Assembly: GCA_951406725.2 (NCBI GenBank)
Contig: OX597815.1
Location: forward strand, 136,152,001 to 136,216,000
Reading direction: 5' to 3'
Source: Octopus vulgaris
Taxonomy: Eukaryota
DNA length: 64,000 nt
Shown piece after piece: positions 38,700 to 53,937 of the stretch. Both the position numbers and the translations under genes were made by a program. Under the pieces are notes generated by a model. It did not search any database, was not told the origin of the DNA, and saw only the letters and a list, made by a program, of their open reading frames with translations. Within the stretch, counting starts at the first letter, position 1; each line of letters begins with the position of its first letter.

Positions 38700-39160
38700 C
38701 GTATGCTGTGGGCCGTTCTCAGCTGGTCTCCTTTTCGGACCCTGTGTAACATTTTTCTGACATTATGCCTTTGTTCATATAGTTTTATCATCCTAGGTTC
38801 TTGTATTTTGACAGATTATCTAAAACTTATCGGACGATGTTTCTGTTAGAGGGATCGCGATGTAAATCAGCGAACACATACTTTCGATCCAGTTCTTTAT
38901 GATATATCTGGACGCGTGACTTCATCATTTTCCTCAGTTTGGGTAAGCATATGCCAAATCGTGGTAGCCAAATGATAGGTAGGTACCGTACTTATTACAT
39001 GTTTGTAGCACTTCTTATACCTTTTCATGTCGAAATGTCAGTATATTGCTCAGTAGACGAGATCGTGTCTGTGAAAATAGTAAGACTTGGGAAAGATTGG
39101 GCAACAGGAAAGGATGTAGTCAACCGTTTCATTGTACTGGATGTATAATCAGCACTGAAA
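38700..39160 (-). mobile_element. R4/Dong-like CCHC/RLE remnant
   Basis: Minus strand ETVDYILSCCPIFPKSYYFHRHDLV. Confidence 0.6.
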
Positions 39161-40438
39161 TTTAGTTCCGGCTTCAGTATTTTAAATTTGGATTTATTCC
39201 TATGTTGGCAGTTAAAAATTTTGTGCAGTTAAAAATCACATTTTCTGTTTTTACTTTTAATCCTGAGATATTGTACGCATTCAATTTAGCTTACGTTCCC
39301 TCTGTCAAGTCTTGCTGTTGGCCATTAGGTACTTAAACAATATTTTTTACAACATATTTGAAATTTCGGTTTAGTTTTTTTCTTCTTTTCATTTTCTCAT
39401 ATTTCGTCCGAATATGCTCAACTATAACCTAGAAAAGGGGGTGGCTACTTAAAAACCGAGAGCTATAAACAGCCCACCAGCTTTATTGGACATATGACGT
39501 TGCATACAAAAATAATAATATTCATTCTTTTACTGACCAGAAACGTGTACTCATTTGGTAAGTATATAAAAGTTCACTGAGGCGTAATATTTCAAGCAGT
39601 AAATGTCTTCAACCTTTTAAATGAATGTTGAAACAGAGACTAACACCATTTGAGACGCTGTATGAAAATTGTTTACACGAATTATCGATTCTAAGGGAGG
39701 AGATGGTGACATAAATGTTCACTTATCCTTTGAGAAATGCATTTAAAGTTGCTGATTGCACATTTATCTCACAGCTACAAGTGCTTTCATTCAGCCAAAC
39801 TAAAATATCTCAACTGCTTCCTGCATGCTGTGTAATACAAAGTGTATATCAATTTTTACGCCATTAAATGCGTAACGATTCCCTGGTTAGAACAAGTTCT
39901 TGATAACCAAAAACAAAATAACCTGTTTCTATAGCCTTGTACGATCATGGTTTCATGTTATATTTCCTTTGTCGCGCAAAAATAAAAAAAAATATTTCCT
40001 GTCTGGCTCAGCTTCAAAAATGTTAGCCAATAACCTGTTCTGCAATATTCATTACGAAAGTTGACGATTAATAATGGTATCAGTACTTACAATACAGCCA
40101 ATACGAACATAAACATACAGGTAGCGTACAATAGTGGGAAACAAATGAATTATCTGTTTTCTGACGAGTACGTATAGCCTGCCGAACAAAAGCCGCATTC
40201 TGGTGTATTGTATACACTAGTTGTACCGGGTCTATTTACTATGAACAGGCATTAAGAGACACAAAAACCATTTCATCATGGAAAAGAGATTAAACGTTGT
40301 TGATGGCATTTGGAACCTTAGTGCTTCCAGGAAATCTAAGGAATTCATACGAAAACATGAGAGAGAAAGAAAAACAAGATAAAACAGAGAGGGTATACAG
40401 TCGTATTTTCAGTATAATACACAAACACATACGCAAAC

Positions 40439-40470
<32 letters not shown>

Positions 40471-40562
40471 ATACGGAGAGAAAGAAAGAGGGAAAGATAT
40501 ACATATATACATACGTTCATATATGCATATGCACACATACATACACACGTATAGATACGTGC

Positions 40563-40597
<35 letters not shown>

Positions 40598-41034
40598 AGT
40601 ATGTATATGCATATATATATATATGTATGTATATGCATATATATATATATATATATATATCAGTGAATTATTGCTAACACATTCGTAGTGGTACAGGTAG
40701 TGTCAATTTTGAATGGAATATGGTGGATTATAGAAACGCTAGACAAATGAAGCCATTCGTTACTTTGGAGATTTTTACATGTTTCTTAAAATTCATTTCA
40801 AATGGACATTAACGTACTGGAAACATTATCGATGAAAACATTTGCAGCTTTTATGGCACATTTAACTGAACCATGATGTTTATTTTGTATGAAATCTTTT
40901 ATATTTTGTAATTCCCATAGTGCATCGATATTTTTTCGTTCTTCGTAATGTCGTTTATATATAGACTCTGGAATTCGTAAAGGATGTAGTCGTAATGTAC
41001 TACTTCGTCAATGGAGTTTAAGGTAAATCAATTT

Positions 41035-42153
41035 ACAGGGTGCGCCGTACTTTTTTTTTTTTTTTTGAGGTCATTTGTATGAATTTAGGCGCATAACTCG
41101 TAAAAGAAAAGCTGTATTTGAAAGGAAAATGGTACGAATAATCTGGAGAATCTTTATTTACATGTATTCAGTGGCTGCTTCAATATGGTGTTGGAAGCGT
41201 TGATATACCTGAATCAGATGATCTCTATCAGTTTCGGACATAAAACTGGTTATGGCAGATTAGAAAAATTTTTGTAGTTATGGGGATGTTGAGTAACCTC
41301 TCTGTCGACTACATCCACAACGTAATAGTCCAGTGGATTGAAGTCTGATGAGCTGTGAGGCCATTTTCGGGGGAGAACAGGATCATAGAGATTGGTACAC
41401 TTCCATGTTTGAGTTGTCCTAGCCATATGGCATGTCACAGTGTTTTATACGAAGACATACGATCTTCTATTGTGCTCCAGACCCTCACAACTCTGTTCAA
41501 CCTATTCATGTGGACATTGATTCTCAAGTCTTGTGAAAAATAGTGAGGAGGCATGACATCTTCCTTGTTGCTGATGCCACCCTGCAGCATCACATTTGCT
41601 GGGAACGTAGTATGCATGAATGTGGAAAACTCATTTGGTTCTCAGCATAACTATATGTTGCACTGTCGGTTTATCTTATGATCTTCATCAAAGTTTTATC
41701 TCATCGGAGAAGGCCCAAAGTATTCCAGTCTTTTGATGTCGTAACTTGTTTAGCACGAACCGAACGACTCTCCCTTTTTACATCCGACCTCGACATAAAC
41801 AGAAACTCTTTGCGTGTGACTGACTTTCAGTGGGGACATTATAGATTATATCCTGATCATTTGGTACAAAATTATGCGCTCTGATTGTATTAGGACCCTG
41901 TGCAGACAGTTTGGTTTAGCTGCCGAAGTTGCATCCCTATAAAATTATTCCAGTTCCTTTCAGACTTTGAAGGATCAGAAAACTTTCAAGAAGAAGCATC
42001 CATTGTGTCACTATTCTGTGTTTTGAAGGCAACCATTACGGCGTGCCTTTTGATTTCCTGAGTCAACCTGATGTCTGACATTATTTTTCTGAAAAAGTTA
42101 AAAGAATGTTAGAGAACTTGAAAAAATCAACCCCAAAAAATCGACGCCCTCTA
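41035..42153 (-). mobile_element. Decayed Tc1/mariner-superfamily element, maT/DD37D-like
   Basis: TTFPANVML.GGISNKEDVMPPHYF and WPHSSSDFNPLDYYV motifs; imperfect TIRs TACAGGGTGCGCCG and (reverse complement) TATAGAGGGCGTCG. Confidence 0.85.
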
Positions 42154-42384
42154 TATTGATTATATGGTTCATTTATGATTTGAAAATTACCATTACACTT
42201 ACATACACACACACACACACACTCTCTCTCTCTCTGTCTCTCTCTAACACACACACATAAGTATATGTATATATGTATTTATATTATATATATATATATA
42301 TACATTCGATATATATATATATATATATATGATAATATAAATAATATATATATATGTATATATATGCATATATACCTGCATATG

Positions 42385-42831
42385 TGGGTACAGGACGTCA
42401 CAAACAGTAAACGACAGGAAATATAAAAACAAATGAGTTCAATACGCAAACAACGAGAGAAACAATTGGAAAATAGGACATGTAACAAAGAATGAACCTT
42501 CATCAGTTGTCGGCTGTCTATCTACTCCTCATTTCGAGCATTGAATGACAATATGAGTCTTCGAAGACAGTCGCTCCTATTTGTACCAAAATATAATTTG
42601 GGATTTATAGAGGGTCAAAGTTGGTATCAAAAACAGGACAGTTGAGAAACACAAGGAAAGCGATCGAAAACAAACATGGAGTGTCGTTAGAGGGTGAAAT
42701 GGCGAACGCTGAAGAAATATTTTTCTTGACAAGAGAAAAGATAGATGAGAGAGATAGGATAAGTCCCGTCCTTAGGAGAGTCCTGAAAAAAAAAGATGAT
42801 CACGTGCGGATGGACGATGCTCATGTGTGAG

Positions 42832-42892
<61 letters not shown>

Positions 42893-43070
42893 TGGGGATA
42901 GAGAGAGTGACAGATAGAAAACGGTGAAGGAAAGAAAAAAGGTCATTAGAGAAAGGATGAGAGAGAAAAGTATGGTAGAGAAAACAGTATAGAGTAGAGT
43001 CGCATCAAAATGATTAAGATAAACTTACTTAGAAATGGATGCGTCGCATTCAATCATATAATAATAAAAA
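42385..43070 (-). mobile_element. Probable PLE-LTR-like module; terminal GGGTACAGGACGTCAC repeated at ~43208
   Basis: Bounded by TA-rich tracts; shared 16-nt terminus; only partial HHR-like motifs. Confidence 0.4.
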
Positions 43071-43115
43071 TAATGTATGTATATATATGTGTGTGTGTGT
43101 ACACACGCACTCACA

Positions 43116-43156
<41 letters not shown>

Positions 43157-43614
43157 TATATATATATATACATATATATATATACATATATATTTACATA
43201 CATATATGGGTACAGGACGTCACCCATAAATGCACGTGTATATATGGGCACCGTCTGTGAGAAAAACAACATCATGACGCGATTCACTCAACCAGAATTC
43301 TGGAAATGACATGCTCTGCTGCTTGATCGTGACAAGCATACACGATTGCAAACATAGTAAACCAAGCTTTTCCCATTCACTACACCAGCACGCTTAAGTT
43401 CTTCATGCAGAATACGTGCTCTGTCAAAGGTGATTTTTTTGGGGATATATGAAATATTTGTTTGTTTCCTTCTTAGATCATTATCGTTTTATTTTCTTCT
43501 GTCCTTTTCTACTATATCCAGAACTTCGTAGAACAAACCGCTGCTGTCTTGAAAGTTGACCACAACAAATAACACTGTATATATGCATGTATATATAAGT
43601 ATTATATATACACA

Positions 43615-43699
<85 letters not shown>

Positions 43700-43712
43700 T
43701 ATATATATGTAT

Positions 43713-43748
<36 letters not shown>

Positions 43749-43769
43749 TATATATATACATACATATAT

Positions 43770-43955
43770 AGGGAGATTTTACGAAAAACACAAAAGACGA
43801 AGACAGGCGATGTACAAAACAAGCAGATGTATTAGTATAACGCTCAGGAATAGAAAAAGTCTTTTACGTTTCGAGCCTACGCTCTTCTACAGAAAGGGAC
43901 ACAGAAAAAAAACAAGGAGAGAAAAATATTTGTGTAGTGGCTAACGATTTATCAT
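43770..43955 (-). mobile_element. Second copy of the variant-hammerhead module (motif at 43861-43896)
   Basis: Reverse complement CTTT-CTGTAGA-A-GAGC-GTAG-GCTC-GAAAC-GTA-AAAG; colinear with 21049-21220; abuts (TA)n. Confidence 0.78.
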
Positions 43956-43973
43956 ATATTGTGTATGTACACT

Positions 43974-44007
<34 letters not shown>

Positions 44008-44681
44008 CACATATATACATAAATATTCAAACAAATACGTATATAAACAAAGAAATATAAGAAATAGAATTCTCTTTTTACGATTTCCTTGCGTCCAACG
44101 TAATGCTTCGGATAAACAACGACAATATTTATTGTCTGCTATTTCTTAATTTATTTTTTTCAATCAATCCAAAATGTCAACGTTCTCCATAAGGCGTATG
44201 TCATTGGTCAATGTCCTATCAATATTTTTAATGCTTACTATTAGACGTCTGACACTCACTTTACTGAACAATTTAACACTCTTTCTTTTTAATGTTCATT
44301 TTAATTATACCTTTCCATTTCCTTTTTATATTATTCACTTTTTATTTTTATCATTTTGTTCAGTTACAACACCGCGATGACAGTCTGTATTACACATGAC
44401 ATTAAGAGTGAAAAATGCCTTGAAATGATAAGAAGTTAATTTTAAATTGTGGTTTGTTACTTAGAATTGCATAGTTACTCTTTTATCTCAGTTGCTTTTC
44501 CTGACCTTTTAAATACACATAAATATGGCATTCCTTGACATTGCCCAGTATTGTAAGCAATTATTTGTTTATCGGTCAAACAACACAAAAAATGACCCTT
44601 CATAAGTTGTTGACTGTTTTTCTACTTCGTATATCGAGAGTTGCACAACAAGATACGTTTTTGACATAACAGTTGCTCCCG

Positions 44682-45010
<329 letters not shown>

Positions 45011-47371
45011 ATGTATATATGCGTGTTTCTCCATATGTGTTTTGTGGTCCATAGTGTTTGTAAAGAAACGTGTGGATTAATGATTTGCTAGTGTATTCAG
45101 AGAGTTTTTTTGTAATACTTAAGAATGGTACGGAATATAAATGTATATTTTAACCATGTGATATATATTGACACACGTGCAAAATTTCCGTTTAAGTATT
45201 ATTCTATTGCTGAAATGAAAAAGGACATTAGCCGACTTTTTTTCAATCTTGCTTTAGGATTTCATCAAAGATTGATTAATCTCTCTATCTTTACCGATAC
45301 AAAAAATCATGTAGAACGAATTAATTATATGACGCATCCATGACAGTGAATGCAATTAATATATCACTGGTGTACCAATAGTGTTTGGTTTCATTGCTAT
45401 GATTTACTATTACTTTTCGAGATAGATGCAGGCAATACATTATATAAATTAGCCTATTCAATTTATTCAGATTATTTTGCGTCTACAAGCTGTATCAACG
45501 TGATCCATTAAAGTGTACAGCCGGTCATTGATGAAATTCCGACGAAGATTTGAAAATAGAAATGATCCCTGGAATGTTTGGACAATGGAACGCTTCATTA
45601 TCTTCTTTTGTTAAAATCTCATGACCTAACTCCAAAAGATGCATTCATAGAAACTTTTAGTCATATCTCGACCGACCGTCTTACCACATGACTAACAAGC
45701 ATCTTTATCTTTGCATTTGTGTCTGCATTGTGTCATCTAGTGTATTTATATAATATTCTTCCCGATACTTCATTAATAATTCATCTAGATGGAATTCCTG
45801 TAACACATTATTTTGCTATTTTTATTATTACAACATTTCGCATACAAATAAACGAGGTCAGGCAATTTTATCTTCACTGGTGTAAATAAAAATATAAGTC
45901 CGTTTAATTTTTTCCTATAATCATCCCTTTATTTATATATATATTTTAAGAATCGTAAATTATATAATTTAAGACGTGCTTTTCATAAAATTGCTATAAA
46001 GTAAATTGATTCATATTTTGGAACAATGTTTCTGTAAAATCAATGGATGATCCCGTGTCCAGCTCCTTCTGATACAAGTGTAAGACTTTAAATAACTTAT
46101 TTGATAAACGTTTCCTTGTTTACAAATCATAATTGCAAAGGATAAATTTATTATTGATAACTTTTTTTCATTTATCTGCTATTATATATAAGATTATAAA
46201 CACGTCTTATTTACAGTAATATCTCTTACATTTCTTAATCTTCTAAGTAGTATCAATATTAATGAGACATACAGTTATAATCCTGTAGTTAATTGTGGGT
46301 AATAGAAAATATGTCAAGAGTTACAGATTTATGACTATATTAGAATTTGCAAGAAATTTATTTATCAAATTGATTAATTCTATACTATTGTCACCTGCGG
46401 CTAGGCACCCTTTTATCGACTATTCTACTTCAGATATAATTTGTCACGAAATATATACAGATAACATTTAACTAGAAATAAGGTGAAGTCATAAATATTT
46501 TAAATGAGTATTAATTTGAAATGAGTATATATTAAATAACTTTAAATTGCTTAAAACGTGTAAAATAAAGAATAATGTTTTTAAATAATGAGAATATACT
46601 TTCATTTACAGTATAACAGTTGACATTGGCCTCCAAATCTATTTTCACTTTGATACAATACAGAATAATGTCTTGATACAAAACAGAATAATGTCCTGTA
46701 GGAACTACATGTAAAGAAACGATCAATTTGAATAAATGGTAATCTGTGCAGCTATAGTAAAATGTCGCCTTAATCAACTAGCAAAAATACGAAATAATAA
46801 ATTTCTTGTATCTCCAAAACAAGAAACAAGATACGTTATTTTATATAGTGGGAGAGATTGTTACGCTCACCGGTTTAATACCACTACTTGTGGCACCTTC
46901 AATGCGTGCTCCACTCTGTTACAAGCATTCGAGAATGGTTCACCTTTTGAGTATAGATTCCCGTACTTTGCAATAGCCATAGAGGCACTGTAACAAGTAG
47001 TGCATTCCCTCCTAACTAACAGATAAACATATGTTTTTTGGGGTTTGCAATATTCGTGATGTGAAATTGTGTAGTTAGAAAGATATTATTATATCTGGGA
47101 AGACAGAATGAACTAAACAGAACAGGTGGAGACACGTGAGACGGAGAGTCTTTGAAGAGATCACAGGATGTGTGACGAACGATTTCCTGGCAATGGACAC
47201 GAAATTAAAATAATAATAGAGTTGAAGTGAGGACTAAATATATAGATCAATTGGGAGGATTATGGCCATTCCCAAATATACATACATTTATACAAAAACT
47301 CACACACATGCAATCATAGACATACATACATGCATACATACATACATGCATACATGCATACATACAAACAT

Positions 47372-47655
47372 ATCACCGTGATCACCGTGACCGACCAGAC
47401 TATCAGATGTTGCTACATAGCCCTGGTCACAATGCGCCTCGCATTGTTTTAGCCGTCAAATGACGCCACTCCGCTGGCTAAGCGAGCAGGCGAACAGAAG
47501 AAAGAGTGAGAGAAAGTTGTGGCGAAAGGGTACAGCAGGGATCGCCACCACCCCCTACAAGAGCCTCGTGGAGCTTTAGGTGTTTTCGCTCAATAAACAA
47601 TCATACCGCCCGGTCTGGGAATCGAAACAGCGGTCCTACGCCATTGCGCCTCCAC
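47372..47655 (-). mobile_element. tRNA-derived SINE (third family) with deletion in the head
   Basis: Reverse complement GGAGGCGCAATGGC...TTTCGATTCCCAGACCGGGCG; tandem (TCACGGTGA)-type tail. Confidence 0.75.
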
Positions 47656-47979
47656 ATACATACATATATTGGGATTTATTACGGTAAAGCGGTCTGAAGT
47701 TAGCAGAAATGGTATCTAACTACTTGAAGTGTATAATAGAGAGGGATTAACTTAGGGTTTTATGGGATTTTACTGTTATAGACGCCCTGGGTACCGTTAC
47801 CGACATATTGGGTAGTTTCCTTACTAAAACCGGTGTAACTACGAGAGTTGCAGTAATACAGAAATCTGTTTTATTAGGAAAGCAAATATTTTCCCAAAGG
47901 TCCTCGAAACTGGTTGTAACCCGGTATCAAGAACACCGATTCAAAATGAAACTCAGTTAAGCATATTATATAATGATGA

Positions 47980-48078
47980 CAAGTAAAAGTAAAAGGAGAA
48001 GTAGAAGTAGAAGAAGAAGAAGAAGAAGAAGAAGAAGAAGAAGAAGAAGAAGAAGAAGAAGAAGAAGAAGAAGAAGAC

Positions 48079-48110
<32 letters not shown>

Positions 48111-48266
48111 AGAAGAAGGAGAAGGAGAAGGAGAAGGAGAAGTAGTAGTAGAAGAAGTAGAAGAAGTAGAAAAAGAAGTAGAAGAAGAAGAGGAAGAAGA
48201 AGGAGAAGGAGAAGGAGAAGGAGAAGTAGTAGTAGAAGAAGTAGAAGAAGAAGAAGAAGAAGAGAA

Positions 48267-48298
<32 letters not shown>

Positions 48299-48353
48299 AG
48301 AAGAAGAGGAAGAAGAAGGAGAAGTAGTAGTAGAAGAAGTAGAAGAAGTAGAA

Positions 48354-48396
<43 letters not shown>

Positions 48397-48490
48397 GAGA
48401 AGAAGAAGAAGAAGAAGAAGAAGAACAACAACAACAACAACACCAACAACAAGCACAAGAACAACAACAATGGCAACATCAACAACAACT
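47980..48490. repeat. ~500-bp purine-rich (GAA)n compound repeat with higher-order units, then (CAA)n
   Basis: Direct reading; explains the poly-R/E/F/S ORFs. Confidence 0.95.
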
Positions 48491-48911
48491 GAAGAAGGAA
48501 ATAAATTAATGGAAAATTGAAAACGGTGTATTTGGAACACTTGAAGCTTGTATTGAAGTCTAAACTTCAAAAGAAAAATAGTGATAAATGCAATGAATTT
48601 ATGGACAGTTGGTGTGCGGCGATGAGATGGTGAATTGACTAAGAGACGGAATTTGAAAGAAAATGAGAAAAACATGCACTATGTAGGGGGCACTTCACCG
48701 AAAGGCAAATGTCAGTTGTTTATACATGAAAAGGGTTATTGGTAAAAGAAGACAAACATGCAAGTGTTTGCACCCCTTCAAACCCCCTCATATTATTTGA
48801 GAGCTTCTTTCTGTATAATGCTTTCCGTTCATATTTAAGAGTTTACTTGAAGGAAAAGCAGATGAAAGACATTGTGCAATGAATTATGATGACGACAATA
48901 GCAACAATAAT

Positions 48912-49110
48912 AATAGTTTCAAATCTTGACATAAGACCGACAGTTTATTCGGGGGAGGGATGTTTCTGGATGACATCTGTCCTAGTATTTGACTGATATT
49001 TTATTTTAACAACCCCGAAAGGATGAAAGACAAATTTGACCTCGAGGAATTTGAACTCGGACCGTAAAATGCAGGAAGAAATGTTGCAAAGCATTTTCCC
49101 GATGCTCTAC
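48912..49110 (-). mobile_element. Degenerate SINE (family of 14477)
   Basis: GAAAGGATGAAAGACAAATTTGACCTCGAGGAATTTGAACTC. Confidence 0.7.
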
Positions 49111-50552
49111 TGACCCTTTTAACAGTAAATTAAAGTGAAATTTTCCAAACGTGTAGATTTCAGATGTGAATTACACATATGTAAGATCTAGAGAATATAC
49201 TATCAGTTTAATCTAAATGATTGTAGCTTATATCTATAATGCTTTATGGTATGATTCCAATGCAAAATGTCATCGAAAAAATTCCAACCTATATTCAAAC
49301 ACAACACATTTATGTCAACCGAGACCCATTTATTCACGATTATTTCGAAACAAGTCACCAAAGAAGATAATCTTATAACTAAGAAATGTAAATTTATCCA
49401 AGGAATATCACATGATATGTTTCAGGTCAACGGGAACTCTTGCGTTTGTTATTCAATACAAGAATGAAGGATATGACTTCACAATTTCGCTCAGTTAGAC
49501 ATAGCCTCAAGCAATACTAAACGAAATTTTTCTTTTTTAAATTTTAGATACATATATACGTTATACTTTAAATTCATAACCCATGAAATGTGCGTACATA
49601 CGATTTGGACTCTGAAATGACTTTAGTTTTATTGTGTGGTATTATTATGGGATACTAGAATGTGCGAAGAAAAGCGGAAACAGAAATATCTGATGGTAAA
49701 AGTATGGCATCTAGGTAGTAATTACATTTATATTTTCAAAACAAAAAAAATATTGAGAGAACAAAATAACAATTCACTTAATTTATTTTATTGTACTGAA
49801 TTTCGTTGTTTGTAGCTTTTACAATTTAAACATCCCTAGAGTAACATTTTTCTCTACAGGCTGCTTGAATAATATTGGTTAATCGTAGTTTATCAACTCA
49901 TTATATGACACATGTAAAGACCTACTGTATGCTTGTATGGAGTTTGTTTTCACCATTTATCAATCATGGAAATTCTATTTTCAAAACGTATTTTCAAAAA
50001 TTATCAAGAGTCAATAAAGACTCATCTACAATATTTCAAGGAGTACAGAGTCAGCATGTGCAGTGGGTGAGAGGAGCAAAACTGATGACAAATCGCTACA
50101 TAATATAATCCTAAACAAATTCTCTAACATAGGGCAATGTACGCTGTGTGTAAGTAAATATTATTTAGGTCAACGGAACTTGTATTGCGGTACTTTTCAA
50201 TTGAGTGTAACTACACTAGTGCAGTTTATCAGTCGATTTATATAACAGTTGTCAGAAATGTCTTGCATTTTAAAATTTTTGTTGAATTTTTATAATTATG
50301 GGCGCCTTGTCAGCGCTTATATGATTAATACACGCACACATACGCATGCACAGGCACACATGGGTGTTTTTAGTTAACATTAAGCGCTATCTCACTCAAA
50401 TTTTCCATTTCAATTTAACCTGATGTCTGTTCATTCTCATTTACTGTTTTTCTCCTGTTTTATCTTTATGACTCACCACCTTTTCAGCATAATCATTTGC
50501 TCTGTACATAACGTGTGGGTGCGTGTGTGTGTGTTTATATGTATATGCATGC

Positions 50553-50598
<46 letters not shown>

Positions 50599-51150
50599 AG
50601 AGAGTGAGAGAGAGGGAGAGAGATACATATATACATATATACATGTACATATATATATACACATATATACATGTATATATATATACATAAATACATGTAT
50701 ATATATACATACATATATATATGTATGTGTATGTGTATATATATGGGAGGTGCGTCTCTGTGTGTGTGTTTCTATCCGTCTATCCGTCTGCCTGTTTGTA
50801 TGTATGTACGTGTGTATGAGTGTATTGTATTTATGTGTTCATGCGTTTTTGTGCGTCTGCCTGTGTATCTAATCTTTGACTATGTATATAAGACATCGCT
50901 CATATCATTACACCATTACTGGCATACCCTTAAATAAACATCCACGCTTATATTACATATAGGAGTGCACATTTTCATATTACCACTTGTTTCAGTCCTT
51001 TCTCAGTATAAGAGAGAAAAAATAATGGCTGCTTTATGCCTAGTAAAATATATTGAAAGCAGCTTACATTTCAAGGTTGCCTTGACTATGAGATAATACC
51101 TTACTACTCTCTGCAGATTTACTAAATAGCACATAGATACAATACTTATA

Positions 51151-52290
51151 TATTAGGTAATCCCATAAGTTCTGTCCGAAATTTGAATAAAGAAAACAAG
51201 TGATAAATTGAAATTTAATCATCAATGTACTTTGCCTGATTATCTAGGACTTCCTTCCATCTATTTACAAGCTTTTTAATCCCATTAATGTAAAACCGTT
51301 TCGATTTCAAAACGGAGAGCTCTGGAATGACAGTTTCGCCCTCCTCCTGGCTTGCGAAAATTATGTCCCCCAAATAATTCTGTAAACTACAAAACAAATT
51401 GTAGTCTGAAGGAGCAAGGTCGGGAGAATGAGGTGGATGAGGAATGTTTTACCAAGCAAGCTTTTCGATTTTCTGTGATGTGATCTTTGCAGTGTGGGGT
51501 TGCGCATTGTCCTGATGAAACATCACTCCTTTTCGATTCACTAAAACAGGTCTTCTTCTCTTCAAATCTTCGTTCAAACGCCTCAATTGCTGACAGTAGA
51601 CTTGAGCATTGATTGTTTCATTAGGTGGTAACAATTCAAAGTGAATTGCTCCTTTGCAATCCCACCAGATAGAGAGATGAACATTTTTTTCCATGAATTT
51701 CCCTTCTCGGTTGTGGTTGAGCTTTTTTTTTCCTTTTACCAAGCCACATTTTACAACGTTTAACATTTCGATAGAAGATCCATTATTCGTCACCAGTCGC
51801 AAGTCTATCCAAAATTGGTGAAAAGAGTTCGCGAGAATGGAGAGAAGAGCAGATGGCAACTTGAGATTTGCGATTGCTTTCGGACAATTCATAAGGCATC
51901 CATGTTCCAAGTTTAGGAACCTTTCCAAGTTGTTGAAGATGACGATGAACAGTTGTATGATTTGAACTAAGCTTTATTGCCAGTTCTTCAACTGATTATG
52001 CAGGATTTTCTTCAAGGAGCTTAGCATCAAACTCAACTGGACGTCCTGTTCGATCTTCATCTTCAAGGCTGAAATCTTCACTTCTGAATTTTGCAAACAA
52101 TCTTCTGCAAGTTCTTTCATTCAAGCATTCTTTCCCATAAACTGAGTGTATGTTTCGAGTCGCTTCGGCTGCAGAGTTTCTATTTTTTTGTTCTCATAAA
52201 GCATAATGTGCTTCAAATGCTCTTTGGATACTTTCATGTTAGAAAGAGTTTTAATCAAAGAATTTTTAATTTTATTATTCTGTAAAATAA
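51151..52290 (-). mobile_element. Mariner transposon (Hsmar1/cecropia-like), frameshifted
   Basis: WMPYELS; LSIWWDCKGAIHFELLP..TINAQVYCQQL; HQDNAQPHTA; HPPHSPDLAPSDY; one TIR TATTAGGTAATCCCATAAGTTCTGTCCGA. Confidence 0.95.
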
Positions 52291-52414
52291 TATTTAATTA
52301 GTTTAAATGTACACAAATGCATTAAATTCCATTAGACATTCTAAAATATGAGTATTTACACACTGACAGAAATGTGCAATGTAGAGAGTATATACACTAC
52401 ATAATATATACAGC

Positions 52415-52447
<33 letters not shown>

Positions 52448-52476
52448 AGGTATTTATATATAGCTATTTGTACATA

Positions 52477-52945
<469 letters not shown>

Positions 52946-53168
52946 AGAATAACGTGGACTGCTGGCAATTTTTTCCCTCCTCCTCCTGCCTCTTCTTTTG
53001 GACTTTCCGGTCTCTTGTTTCCAAAGAAGAGCTTGATCGAAACGTTAAACAACCACTCTTTCTTTCCTTCTCTGAGCGTCTTATTAATACTCTGCATATA
53101 CCACGTCCTCGCGTAATTGTCTTTTTTTTTTCTGTTGTCACGTTCTCTCCGTTTCTTAAATTATGTAT

Positions 53169-53640
53169 ATCTCTTATATAAAATTCGTTCTGTCTGTGTG
53201 TGTGTGTGTGTGTGTGTGGCTTCTATGATCACGGGCATCTTCCATCCGATTGAGCTCAAATTTGGTATGTAGATACCGACGGTATCAGGGCGTGTATAAG
53301 TCTTGAAAAAATTACAAAAATCGATTTCTGTATAAAGAATGTCATAACTTGAAACTGGGAGACTTGAATTCGATGCGCCTGCTTACATAGTTATATCCAT
53401 ATTTCACTTCTTTTGCTGGTGTCTCAAATTTAGCGAAATAAAACCTTCCAAGTACTTCCCTGTGTGATATGCATCACACCTAATTATCACTTCATACAGC
53501 TTCACGGACTCCCGAAAACAGCAAAACAGACGAAGACTATATAAAGTCAAACAGCAACCCTAAGTACAGCCCATTCGGACGAATTCGAATAAGCAGAAGC
53601 TCCGAAGTCACTGTTAAACCTCTTGTTTTGAAAGTTCAAT
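53169..53640 (+). mobile_element. Probable non-autonomous Helitron-like 5' fragment
   Basis: TCTCTTATATAAAA...TCTGTCTGTG(TG)n...CCGATTGAGCTCAAATTTGG pattern typical of Helitron-N 5' ends; similar start at 63954. Confidence 0.45.
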
Positions 53641-53890
53641 ATATATATGCTTTACCAAAATGTATTGTGTAAATCTTCAGATGATTTTAAATAGTTTATA
53701 AATAATTTTACATAAAACATATATATTTGTGTAAAGTGTTTCTCTCTTTCTCTCTCTCTCATTCCCTCTCCCATTCCCTCTGCCCCTCCCTCTCTGTATA
53801 TATATGTATATATGTGCGTGTATATCTATGTTTGTATGTATGCATATACAGATATATGTATACATACATATATATGTATGTATGTATGTA

Positions 53891-53937
<47 letters not shown>

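Noticed and set aside
42490-42575. CTGATGA and TCGAAGA...GAAAT motifs on the minus strand as hammerheads
   Set aside because: CTGATGA has no downstream GAAA, and the other motif lacks convincing stems II and III
47874-48675. Poly-Arg/Glu protamine-like or poly-Leu/Phe ORFs
   Set aside because: Entirely within the GAA repeat and open in several frames on both strands
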